Source of the DNA: an uncultured Chloroflexia bacterium
GTDB taxonomy: Bacteria; Chloroflexota; Limnocylindria; Limnocylindrales; CSP1-4
NCBI GenBank assembly: GCA_963707215.1
Contig: CAVPPB010000002.1
Coordinates: 224,001-288,000, forward strand
Length of the DNA: 64,000 bases
Direction: 5' to 3'
In this document: one piece after another, positions 18,920-27,452 of the stretch
Layout: every line of letters begins with the position of its first letter
Position numbering within the stretch: position 1 is the first letter of the stretch
Notes under the pieces: model-generated
What the model saw: the letters and a program-made list of their open reading frames with translations, nothing else
The model's database searches: none
Told to the model about the DNA's origin: nothing
Made by a program: the position numbers and the translations under genes

Positions 18920-19399
18920 ATGCTCTCCCGGACACACCTCACGGGGGACCCAGTGGACATCCTCTCGGCCGCGATCATCATCTTCGCCGTCATCGAGACG
19001 CTCAACGTCGGCATCCTCTACTTCCGTCCCGGCACGCGCGTGGGCAACGGGATGGGCGTGTTCAACGCCTATCGGACGTCGGAAGCCGACCCGGAGACGC
19101 GCGAGCTCGTCCGCTACCTGGTCAACTGGGTGGCCGGCACCAAGCTCATCTTCGTGGGCCTGCTCGCCGTGATCGTCCTCACGGGCAGCCAGACGACGAA
19201 GGCGTTCGCGGTCATGGCCCTGATCCTCTCGATCCTCTCGTTCTTCTGGCGCCTGTTCCCGGGGATCGTTCGTCTCGACCGGGACGGTCAGATCACCCCG
19301 AGCGGGTACTCGAGGACGCTGGGGATCATGATCGCGTGCTTCGTCGGGGGATTGGCCGCAGCGTTGGTCGTGTCCCTCGCGTTCGGTTCCGGCGGCTGA
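18920..19399 (+). CDS. Hypothetical membrane protein
   Basis: Four hydrophobic helices; GC3-biased codons; YLVNWVAGTKLIF. Confidence 0.7.
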   Translation: MLSRTHLTGDPVDILSAAIIIFAVIETLNVGILYFRPGTRVGNGMGVFNAYRTSEADPETRELVRYLVNWVAGTKLIFVGLLAVIVLTGSQTTKAFAVMALILSILSFFWRLFPGIVRLDRDGQITPSGYSRTLGIMIACFVGGLAAALVVSLAFGSGG

Positions 19400-19490
19400 C
19401 GAGGCCGCTGCCTCACGCAACCCGACGCGGAGCGCGGCCCTTCGGCCCGAGCTCGCGACCTTCGCCCCTCGCCGGGAGCGCAGCTCCCGT

Positions 19491-19720
19491 CAACGGCGAC
19501 AGGCTGTGCCTCGAGCACACGATGTTCAGCCAGACGGTGTTCGGGGACGCCGGCCCCCTGGGCTTCACGCTCGTGGGCGAGTGGGATGCTGTCGGCGGCA
19601 CGGGGCGGTTCGCCCATGCGACGGGACACGGCACGCTGGACGGGGCTGGTGACATCCCCGACGGACGGGGACGTTGGGCCTTCCTGACGGCCTCGCGGCG
19701 TTCAACTTCACGGGCGGGAC
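19491..19720 (+). pseudogene. Fragment of a beta-rich hypothetical protein (GGTGRFA.ATG motif)
   Basis: ..GEWDAVGGTGRFAHATGHGTLDG.. with no credible start. Confidence 0.45.
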
Positions 19721-19861
19721 GCGTACGATGCATCGGACCGCTCGATGAAGCCGCAGGACCGAGGGCTCATCCCCCGGTCGCGTTACGCATCGTCAGGGGC
19801 CTCAATCGCGCTGTCGCTCTCGACCAGCTGCCCGCGATGGCACGGCTCCTGACCGCGTCCA

Positions 19862-19927
19862 GGTGTCGCCGATGTCGCGACGCAGGTGTCGCTCGAGCCC
19901 CACGGCGTCAGGCGCGCAGGAGCAATA
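19862..19927. mobile_element. IS481-type end remnant fused to an eroded att-like scar
   Basis: gtgtcgccgatgtcgcgacgcaggtgtcgc matches the repeats at 23598-23641; it is followed by ..cgtc aggcgcgcaggagcaata (arm motif). Confidence 0.7.
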
Positions 19928-20173
19928 CGGGCGACGGATCGGGCCCGCCGGGGCGCGGCACGAGATGAACCGCCCCGGGTTCGTCGCGGACCGGGATCGC
20001 TGAGTCGCGGGTGCGCGACCGGAGGCCGTTCGCCCGCCCCGACCCATCCACGCACTCCGCCAGGGCGAAGGTCAGACGAGAGCAGCCGGGCGCCCTCCGG
20101 GCGTCGTGGCCTGGCGAGCAGGGGCGATGTCCCGAAGCTCGGTCCAGCGGAACACGTGAAGGTGAGTGCCACG

Positions 20174-20740
20174 GTGGGTGAGACGATCAAGATCCTGATC
20201 CTCGCGGGCAGTCTCCGCCGGGGCTCGTACAACCGGGCGCTGGCGCGTGCTGCTGCGCAGCTCGCACCGAGCGGCGTGGCCACCGCGACGTTCGATGGGC
20301 TCGGCGCCCTCCCGTTCTACGACGGGGACGTCGAGGACGAAGGTCTGCCCGCGAGCGTCAGTGCGCTGCGGCGGGCGATCGTGGAAGCCGACGCGCTGCT
20401 CCTCGCGACCCCCGAGTACAACGGCGCCACGAGTGGGGTCCTCAAGAACGCCCTCGACTGGGCCTCCCGCGGGCCCGACAGGATCCTCGCCCGAAAGCCC
20501 GTCGCGGTCATGGGCGCGTCGACCGGGGCGAGTGGTGCGAGAGGTGGGATCGAGTCGGTCGTGCGGATCATGACCCGCGTGCGTTCGGAGGTGGTCGGTC
20601 ACCTCGTCGCCGTTCCGTTCGCGGCGCAGGCGTTCGACGACGACCTGGCCCTGCGGGACCCGGAGATTCGCACCGAGGTCGCCGAGCTGGTCGCCGAGCT
20701 CGCCGGTCGCGCTCGCAGCAGCACCGCTCTCGCCGCCTGA
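20174..20740 (+). CDS. NADPH-dependent FMN reductase (ChrR/SsuE-like)
   Basis: GSLRRGSYN, TPEYNG, LKNALDWASR and KPVA. Start approximate. Confidence 0.92.
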   Translation: MGETIKILILAGSLRRGSYNRALARAAAQLAPSGVATATFDGLGALPFYDGDVEDEGLPASVSALRRAIVEADALLLATPEYNGATSGVLKNALDWASRGPDRILARKPVAVMGASTGASGARGGIESVVRIMTRVRSEVVGHLVAVPFAAQAFDDDLALRDPEIRTEVAELVAELAGRARSSTALAA

Positions 20741-20792
20741 CGGGCTGCCTCGCAGCAGGGCCGCGGAGCGTGAGCGGTGCTACCGTCGCCGC

Positions 20793-21239
20793 ATGAGTGG
20801 CACCGCGGCGCCCCACCGGTCGTCGCTTCCTCGGACCATCGCACGGGTGGCCCTGGGGTTGGTCCTGCTGGTCGCCGGCATCGCCCATCTCACCTTCGGC
20901 CGCGAGGAGTTCACCGCGCAGGTCCCGGACTGGCTGCCGGTGGCCGACGACCTCGTCGTCGTCGGGTCGGGTGTCGTCGAGCTCGCACTCGGCGCGTCCC
21001 TCATCGCCCTGCCGCGCCATCGGGTCGCCGTGGGCTGGCTGTCGGCAGCGTTCCTCGTCGCGATCTTCCCGGGGAACATCGCCCAGTACGTGAACCAGGT
21101 CGACGCCTTCGGGCTCACCAGCGACGGGGCGCGAGCGGCCCGCCTGGTCCTCCAGCCGCTTCTCGTCCTGTGGGCTCTCTGGTCGACGGATGCATGGCGC
21201 GACCGGGCAATGCTCTGGAGAGTGGTTGGCGGCCCGTGA
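20793..21239 (+). CDS. DoxX-like membrane protein
   Basis: AGIAHL, QVPDWLP, SGVVE, IFPGNI and RLVLQP. Confidence 0.85.
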   Translation: MSGTAAPHRSSLPRTIARVALGLVLLVAGIAHLTFGREEFTAQVPDWLPVADDLVVVGSGVVELALGASLIALPRHRVAVGWLSAAFLVAIFPGNIAQYVNQVDAFGLTSDGARAARLVLQPLLVLWALWSTDAWRDRAMLWRVVGGP

Positions 21240-21265
21240 TAGGCGGAGGTGCCGGCCGGCGGCTT

Positions 21266-21321
21266 TGTCGCGACGCATGACAATGGCGCGCCCGGAGGGC
21301 ATCGGGCACGCAGGAACAACA
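21266..21321. repeat. IS481-type terminus + tRNA-Arg 3' core (16/16) + conserved arm
   Basis: tgtcgcgacgcatgaca a tggcgcgcccggaggg catc gggcacgcaggaacaaca; the same junction occurs at 23632-23665. Confidence 0.9.
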
Positions 21322-21516
21322 ACGGCCACGCTCCTGTTCAACGATGGCCCCTGCTCCTCCCGAGTGGCCCGCTCTGATAGGGATAGACCCCAGATCGCTT
21401 GTCCGTCAGCCGCTCGGTTGATATTCGGGTCTGGACGGCCAGTGGCGACGGGTGGTTCAAGCGGTGGAACGGGACCCGCCCCAGGACCGCGAGATCGACC
21501 AGCCGGCCCGACGTCG

Positions 21517-21708
21517 CTAGCTGTCGTCCGAGCCCTGCTCCGATTGCCAGAATCCGAGGCCAAGGACGACGAAGACGACGCACAGGACGATGAACGCCGC
21601 GTTGGCCGCGATGGCCCCAGTGTCGCCAACGAATCCAGCGACTCCCGCGATCAGAAAGCACAGTGCGGCGATCAAGTACATCACCGCTGCTCTACGCCGA
21701 GCCTTCAA
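21517..21708 (-). CDS. Small two-TM hypothetical protein
   Basis: AAAGGAGG RBS before a TTG start; two hydrophobic helices. Confidence 0.6.
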   Translation of the reverse strand: MKARRRAAVMYLIAALCFLIAGVAGFVGDTGAIAANAAFIVLCVVFVVLGLGFWQSEQGSDDS

Positions 21709-21801
21709 GCCAATTCCTCCTTTCGCAGTAGTTGTGCAGGTTGGGCGGTCATCTCCAGAGCTCGCCCCCAGGGCCCCACGACCACATGACCTCTGAACAC
21801 G

Positions 21802-21853
21802 TGCCGATGGCCATCTGAAGGTCCCCGCCTGTGGCCAAGAGAAGTCCCCACCG
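21802..21853. mobile_element. Orphan IS21-like terminal repeats
   Basis: Tandem ggcca..gaa(g)gtcccc units (ggccatctgaaggtcccc, ggccaagagaagtcccc) resembling IS21-family ends; no istA/istB in the window. Confidence 0.45.
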
Positions 21854-21904
21854 GGCGACGGCGTCGTGGACGGCGGCCCAGGCGACGATGCCGTGGGAAC
21901 TCGC

Positions 21905-22225
21905 TCAGTCGGGCAGGCCCGCAAGCGCTTCGTGCATCGCGGTCCGGTAGCGGCGGAACGCAGCTCGCCCTTCGTCGGTGAGCGAAACCATCGAGTGCGG
22001 CTTCTTTCCCCTATAGCCCTTCTCGATCGCCACGTAGCCCGCGGTCTCGAGCTTGGTCAGACTGGTAGACAGATTGCCCCACGTCAGTCCGGTCTGGTTG
22101 ATCAGCCAGGTGAAGTCGGCCGCATCCAGGACGGCCAGCTCGATCAGCAGGCGCAATCGTGCCGGCGAGTGGATCACGGGATCGATCTCCTCGAGCGGAT
22201 GAGCGCCCGGATCGCTACTGGTCAT
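21905..22225 (-). CDS. Winged-helix (MarR/ArsR-like) transcriptional regulator
   Basis: DPVIHSPARLR, GNLSTSLTKLE.AGY and LTDEGRAAF. Confidence 0.9.
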   Translation of the reverse strand: MTSSDPGAHPLEEIDPVIHSPARLRLLIELAVLDAADFTWLINQTGLTWGNLSTSLTKLETAGYVAIEKGYRGKKPHSMVSLTDEGRAAFRRYRTAMHEALAGLPD

Positions 22226-22856
22226 GCAGTTCTCCGGCCGCCTCTGGGGCCGCCCGATGCGTTCTGGCCAGCAGGCGAGCGAATTGGGTCACGCCGATGC
22301 TCGCGACCACCACGGCCGCCACTCCGAAGGTCACCGGCCAGCCGTGGTGCGCGGCGTAGCCCTCACGGAACAGCCATTCCCCGATGACCACCGCCGCCGC
22401 GAACATGAGCCCATAGAGGTACAGCCGCGGCGTGTCCAGGTAGTAGGCCGCCGTCGAGAAGAGCACGAGCCAGATCAGCATGAACATGATCGTTGGCGCG
22501 TAGCCGGCCGACGGGCTCAGGAGGAAGGCGATCAACCCTCCCCCGAGGGCGATGACGTTGACCGCCAGCATGAGCAGCATGAACGTCCGAAGGCGTCGCT
22601 GCCGGTAGTCGCCGACGCGCACGATGCCAACTCGGGAGACCAGCAGCCGACTCCGGACCAGCTTGATCAGCAGGTACGCACCTCCCACCACAGGGACCAG
22701 GATCGCCGAGCTCCAGAAGTCGCCCAGCGACTCGCTCAGCAGCAGGATGAGGGCGAAACCCGCCAAGAAGCAGGCGAGCAACACGTCCCACAATCCGTCG
22801 TCGTAGGCGTTGCGGAACGCCCTGCGCTCCGCCTGTCCGAGATCGGTGAGTGTCAT
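22215..22856 (-). CDS. Hypothetical multi-TM membrane protein
   Basis: YDDGLWD N-terminus and about 6 TM segments; overlaps the regulator. Confidence 0.75.
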   Translation of the reverse strand: MTLTDLGQAERRAFRNAYDDGLWDVLLACFLAGFALILLLSESLGDFWSSAILVPVVGGAYLLIKLVRSRLLVSRVGIVRVGDYRQRRLRTFMLLMLAVNVIALGGGLIAFLLSPSAGYAPTIMFMLIWLVLFSTAAYYLDTPRLYLYGLMFAAAVVIGEWLFREGYAAHHGWPVTFGVAAVVVASIGVTQFARLLARTHRAAPEAAGELHDQ

Positions 22857-22872
22857 GGTCGCACTCCTCAAG

Positions 22873-22895
22873 AGTACTTTGCAGGTCAAAGTACT
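22873..22895. promoter_or_regulatory. Perfect 9-bp inverted repeat operator upstream of the membrane protein-regulator operon
   Basis: agtactttg-caggt-caaagtact. Confidence 0.7.
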
Positions 22896-22915
22896 TTAGC
22901 CTCCTACGCCTGGCA

Positions 22916-23648
22916 TGTCAAGCCGGCCACCGGGACGGCGGCGACGACGTGGTGGCCACGTTCAGCGCGGCAGGCGAGGAGCACGGGTGGCCCGCCGCCC
23001 CGCTCACCGACACCGGCGCGGTCTACACGTCGCGCTTCACCGGGGGCCGCAACGGCTTCGAGTACCTGCTCGCCTACCTCGGCATCCGCCAGAAGAACGG
23101 GACGCCGGGCCATCCCCAGACCCAGGGCAAGAACGAGCGCTTCCGCCAGACCCTCAAGCGCTGGCTCGAGAACCAGCCGGCGGCGCGGACCCTGGGCGAG
23201 CTCCAGACCCAGCTCGACGCCTTCTGCCTCGCCTACAACGAGCAGCGGCCGCACCGGGCGGTCGGCCGGATGACGCCCGGCGAGGCGTACCGGGCGACGC
23301 CCACGACGATGGTCGCCGGGAGCCGCGCCGGCCACTTCCGTCTCCGCTACGACGTGACCGACGGGAAGGGCGCGATCACCCTGCGCCGGGCCGGCCGCCT
23401 GCACCACCTCAACATCGGCGCGGCTCATGCCCGTCAGCGGGTCCTGGCCATCGTCGACGAGCACGAGGTCACGGTCGTCGCCCTCGACACCGGCGAGGTC
23501 CTGTCCAGCCACCTCATCGAGCCGGACCGCCGGTACTGGCGCAACCAACGAAGAGACCCCGGCCGATGGCCGAGGTCTCCAGCGACCGGGTGACGCATGT
23601 GTCGCCGATGTCGCGACTCATGTGTCGCACATGTCGCGACTCATGACA
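22916..23648 (+). mobile_element. 5'-truncated IS481-family element (integrase core transposase remnant, stop at 23593) with subterminal repeats ending ..ACA
   Basis: LTDTGAVYTSRF, PGHPQTQGKNERF.QTLK and YNEQRPHR; 23-bp repeats catgtgtcgc..atgtcgcgact; ends catgaca 1 bp from the tRNA CCA. Confidence 0.85.
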
Positions 23649-23649
23649 C

Positions 23650-23726
23650 TGGCGCGCCCGGAGGGATTCGAACCCCCGACCCTCTGATCCGAAGTCAGAT
23701 GCTCTGATCCACTGAGCTACGGGCGC
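23650..23726 (-). tRNA. tRNA-Arg (anticodon TCG)
   Basis: GCGCCCG acceptor stem, TAGCTCAGTGGA D-arm, TCTGA-CTTCGGA-TCAGA anticodon arm, GGTTCGAATCC T-arm and encoded CCA; 77 nt. Confidence 0.97.
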
Positions 23727-23830
23727 GCGGCCCGGAGATGATACCGCGCGACCCGCCGATCCCGGCAGCGACCGAGCCCGGAGCTGGCGCACCGCCCCGG
23801 GTATCGTCTCCGGATGCACGTGCGCTTGGC

Positions 23831-25219
23831 ATGACGGACCTCCGCCGGCTCTTCGATCGGCTCGTCCCGCAGGGCGCCCTGCTGCTGTCCGTGCTGAGCT
23901 TCGGCGGGTACGCGATGGGCCTGCTGCGTGACCGCACGTTCGCCCGGACGTACGGCGCGGGCATCGAGCTCGACGCCTACAACGCCGCCTTCGTCCTGCC
24001 GGAGTTGCTTCTCGACGTCCTCGTGGCGAGCGGGCTCACGGCCCCGTTCGTGCCGATCTTCCTCTCGCTCCGCCGCGAGGACGACGCCGCTGCCATCGAC
24101 TTCGGGCGGACGGTCCTGACCGGGGCGGTCCTGGTCATGGGCATCACGACCGCGATCCTCTTCGTCATCGCGCCGCTCACGGCCGACGTCATCGTCCCGG
24201 GGTTCGGCCCGGAGGACCGCGAGCTGTACGTCTCGCTCTTCAGGCTCATGTGCATCACGGCCGTGCTCTTCGCTGCCTCGATCGCCCTGGGCGAGCTGCT
24301 CGTCGCCGGCCGGCGCTTCTTCTGGTTCGGCGTCGCGCCACTCCTCTACAACGGCGGCATCGTCGCCGGCACCGTCCTGCTCGCCGACGCGATCGGCATC
24401 TACGCCGCCGCCGTCGGGGCGGTCCTGGGGGCCGCCCTCCATCTCGCGATCCGCCTCGTGGGCATCGCCCGGATGCGCTTCGTCATCCGACCCCGTCTGG
24501 CCGTCCGGACACCGGCCTTCCGCGAGTTCTTCCGGTTGATGATCCCCAAGATGCTCAGCCACCCGATCGAGCCGATCACCTTCCTCTTCTTCACCGCGGT
24601 CGCGACGACGATCGGGGCCGGCAGCGTCAGCTCGGTGAGCTTCGCCCGGAACTTCCAGAGCGCCCCCGTCAGCCTCATCGGGGTCGCCTTCTCGCTGGCC
24701 GTCTTCCCGACCCTCTCGGCGGCCTGGGCGGCCGGCGACCGGGCCCGGTTCCGCTCCGTCCTGGTCACCAACCTGGCGGTCATCGCGGTCCTGACCCTGG
24801 GGGCAGCCGTGGTCCTGGCCGTCTTCGGCGGCACGATCATCGAGGTGCTGCTGGGAGGCGGTGCCTTCGATGCCGAGGACGTCGAGACGACGGCACTCGT
24901 CCTGTCGGTCTTCGCCATCTCGGTGCCGCTCGAGGCCCTGACCTACCCGCTCTCACGCGGGCTCTACGCGACCCACAACACGCTGTTCCAGGTCGGGGCA
25001 TCGGTGGTCGGGCTGGCCGTGATCGTCGCCAGCTGCCTGGTGCTCGCCCCCCAGGTCGGGATCGTCGCCATCCCGCTCTCGTTCACCCTGGGCAGCGGGG
25101 CCAAGGCCGTCCTGCTCGCGGCCGCCCTGGCCTGGCGGTACCGGCGGGGTCAGCCCCCGATGAGCGGCAGGGGAGCGTCGCCGACCGGCACCGTGGGCAC
25201 CACGGCCAGGAACAAGTAG
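23831..25219 (+). CDS. murJ: Lipid II flippase MurJ/MviN
   Basis: GLLRDR..A..YGAG.ELDAYNAAF.LP and FVPIF; multi-TM. Confidence 0.9.
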   Translation: MTDLRRLFDRLVPQGALLLSVLSFGGYAMGLLRDRTFARTYGAGIELDAYNAAFVLPELLLDVLVASGLTAPFVPIFLSLRREDDAAAIDFGRTVLTGAVLVMGITTAILFVIAPLTADVIVPGFGPEDRELYVSLFRLMCITAVLFAASIALGELLVAGRRFFWFGVAPLLYNGGIVAGTVLLADAIGIYAAAVGAVLGAALHLAIRLVGIARMRFVIRPRLAVRTPAFREFFRLMIPKMLSHPIEPITFLFFTAVATTIGAGSVSSVSFARNFQSAPVSLIGVAFSLAVFPTLSAAWAAGDRARFRSVLVTNLAVIAVLTLGAAVVLAVFGGTIIEVLLGGGAFDAEDVETTALVLSVFAISVPLEALTYPLSRGLYATHNTLFQVGASVVGLAVIVASCLVLAPQVGIVAIPLSFTLGSGAKAVLLAAALAWRYRRGQPPMSGRGASPTGTVGTTARNK

Positions 25220-26136
25220 TCGCGGTCGGGGTACTTGCCTTCGGGCCGGATCCAGCGCTTGTAGTTGCGCTCCATCTCGGCCCGATCCTGGATCACCCCT
25301 GGCCCGTCCGAGCGACCCCAGATCGACGAGACCCGCGGGTACCACGGGTCGTAGATGTAGGCCGAGTGGACGTCGGCATCGGGGAAGACCAGCGGGTCGG
25401 CGTCGGCCTGGTAGCCGGTCATGACCCAGGTGTGAGCGCCGAACCAGGAGATCAGGACCACCGGCATGCCGGTCGTCTCGATGGCGACCGCGAAGTCCCG
25501 CATCGCGTCGGCCCGGTGGCGGTACCCTCTGACCTCGTAGCCGGGGGCGCCGTACGTCTCGAGGGCGAGGGCGATGGCCGTCGGGCCCCAGCCGCCGTCA
25601 AGGCTGTCCTGGCGACTCTCCCACTCACCGATGCGACCGGCGACCTGGCGCTGGAACCCCTCGGAGTTGTCCGCGAGGCCGAGCGCGGCCAGGACGATCT
25701 GCGTGCCCGCCACGGCGCACCAGTCCTTCGTGGCCTGGGAGGCGAACACCCGGCCGGGGTCGAGGTCCAGGCGGACGTCGACCGGCCCGCGGACCGGCGA
25801 TGGCGATGGAGAGGGCGATGGGGACGGGCTGGGCGGCGGGTTCGGCAAAGCGGATGCGCCCGGCTCGGCGGTCGGGCTCGGCGAGGGCGACGGCGCCGGC
25901 GACGGGGAGGCGCTGGCCCGCGGATCGACGACGACGACGGCCGGGATCTGCCGGTCCGGCGGCGGGTCGAGGAAGAGGCCGACCCGGGCCACGGCGCGCC
26001 CGAACGCGTAGCCGGCCCCCAGCGTGTCGGTCGCGACCGCCCCGACCGTCAGCAGGCCGCCGACGACGAGCACGGCCAGTGCGATGGCCGCGAGTCGGGG
26101 GCTGGGTCGGGGGCTGGGACGGGGGGACATCGACAT
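25150..26136 (-). CDS. Exported Pro/Ser-linker protein with a C39/papain-like peptidase domain
   Basis: N-terminal TM; SQ..KDWCAVA (Gln/Cys), GAHTWVMTGY (His) and YIYDP (Asp). Confidence 0.65.
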   Translation of the reverse strand: MSMSPRPSPRPSPRLAAIALAVLVVGGLLTVGAVATDTLGAGYAFGRAVARVGLFLDPPPDRQIPAVVVVDPRASASPSPAPSPSPSPTAEPGASALPNPPPSPSPSPSPSPSPVRGPVDVRLDLDPGRVFASQATKDWCAVAGTQIVLAALGLADNSEGFQRQVAGRIGEWESRQDSLDGGWGPTAIALALETYGAPGYEVRGYRHRADAMRDFAVAIETTGMPVVLISWFGAHTWVMTGYQADADPLVFPDADVHSAYIYDPWYPRVSSIWGRSDGPGVIQDRAEMERNYKRWIRPEGKYPDRDYLFLAVVPTVPVGDAPLPLIGG

Positions 26137-26261
26137 GGGATCCACGGCTGCCGGACGGCTGGCGTCCTGGCGGCGTGACGCCATCCTGCCACAGGTGGGC
26201 GATCGCGCCAGACGGTCGTCGGGCTCCGCGATCGCGGAGCGGTCGGCTACGGTCTTCGGTG

Positions 26262-27452
26262 ATGCTGCACCTGTCGACCGCGGAGCGCCGCACCCGGCTG
26301 GTCGTGCGCCACCGCCTCGCGCCGACCGCACGTGCCGCGACGCTGGGCGAAGCCGCCGACTCGGTCGTCGGGCTCCACGCCAGCGATCCGGTGTCGGTCT
26401 TCCTGGCGGCCCGGGCACGGATGACCGAGCCTGATCCGGTCGTGATAGAGCGTGCGCTCTACGACGAGCGCACGGTCGTCCGGATGCACGGTGTCCGGAG
26501 GACGCTCTTCGTCGTGCCGGTCGGGACGGCGCCTGAGATGCACGCCGCGGCCGCCACGGCGATCGCGGCGGCGGAGCGTCGTCGCCTCGCCGGATGGCTC
26601 ACCGGGGCGGGGATCGCCCAGGATCCCGATCGCTGGCTCGATCGGGTCATGGCGGAGACGCTCGCGGCGCTGGCGGCCCGGGGCGAGGCGTCGACCGCCC
26701 AGCTGACCGGCGACGTGTCGGGGCTCCGCGAGCGCCTCCCGTTCGGCGAGGGCAAGCCATACGCCGGCGTCATCGGGGTCGGGAGCCGGGTCCTGTACCT
26801 CCTCGCGCTCGAAGGGCGGATCGTCCGTGGCCGACCGCTCGGGACCTGGGTCAGCAGCCAGTACCGCTGGCTCCCGCTCGAGGCGGTGATCCCTGGCGGC
26901 TACCCGGAGATGCCGATGGCCGTTGCCCGTGCGGCGATCGTCCGGCGCTGGTTGCGTGCCTTCGGGCCGGGGACGCTGCGTGACCTGCGGTGGTGGACCG
27001 GCTGGGCCGCGAGCGAGATCCGTCGGTCGCTCGCCGCGCTCGAGGCGGTCGAGGTCGCGCTGGACGAGGGGATCGGCTGGGTGCTCCCGGACGACCTCGC
27101 GGCGACCGCACCGCTCGCGCCGGTGGCTGCGCTCCTGCCGAGCCTCGACCCCACGGTCATGGGCTGGGCGGATCGCGGCTTCTACCTGGGCGACCATGGG
27201 CGGTCGCTCTTCGATCGGGCCGGCAACGCCGGTCCCACGATCTGGTGGGACGGTCGGGTCGTCGGCGGCTGGGCCCAGCGACGCTCCGGCCGGATCGCCG
27301 TCGCCCTCCTGGAGGACGTTGGAGCCGAGGGCGAGGCGGCCGTCGATGCGGAGGCGGAGCGTCTTGCCGGCTGGCTCGGGCCGGTCCGGATCGCCCCGAG
27401 GTACCGGGTCCCGCTGGATCGCGAGCTGGCCGGCCGCCCGTCAGTCGAGTGA
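26262..27452 (+). CDS. HTH_42 winged-helix protein (AlkZ/YcaQ-like DNA glycosylase family)
   Basis: GLHASDP, RRTLFVV, FGP.T..DL.WWTGW, LLPSLDP and GRVVGGW. Confidence 0.88.
   Translation: MLHLSTAERRTRLVVRHRLAPTARAATLGEAADSVVGLHASDPVSVFLAARARMTEPDPVVIERALYDERTVVRMHGVRRTLFVVPVGTAPEMHAAAATAIAAAERRRLAGWLTGAGIAQDPDRWLDRVMAETLAALAARGEASTAQLTGDVSGLRERLPFGEGKPYAGVIGVGSRVLYLLALEGRIVRGRPLGTWVSSQYRWLPLEAVIPGGYPEMPMAVARAAIVRRWLRAFGPGTLRDLRWWTGWAASEIRRSLAALEAVEVALDEGIGWVLPDDLAATAPLAPVAALLPSLDPTVMGWADRGFYLGDHGRSLFDRAGNAGPTIWWDGRVVGGWAQRRSGRIAVALLEDVGAEGEAAVDAEAERLAGWLGPVRIAPRYRVPLDRELAGRPSVE

Larger units (their letters stand above)
1..23649. mobile_element. Composite accessory island accreted at the 3' end of tRNA-Arg (left boundary probably outside the window)
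   Basis: Multiple direct copies of the tRNA 3' end, IS remnants, gene fragments and accessory cargo. Core-type genes resume to the right of the tRNA. Confidence 0.75.

Noticed and set aside
927-21321. The repeated scars as a CRISPR array or classical integron attC sites
   Set aside because: Spacing is kilobases, there are no cas or intI genes, no RYYYAAC/GTTRRRY attC cores are evident, and the core is identical to the tRNA 3' end.
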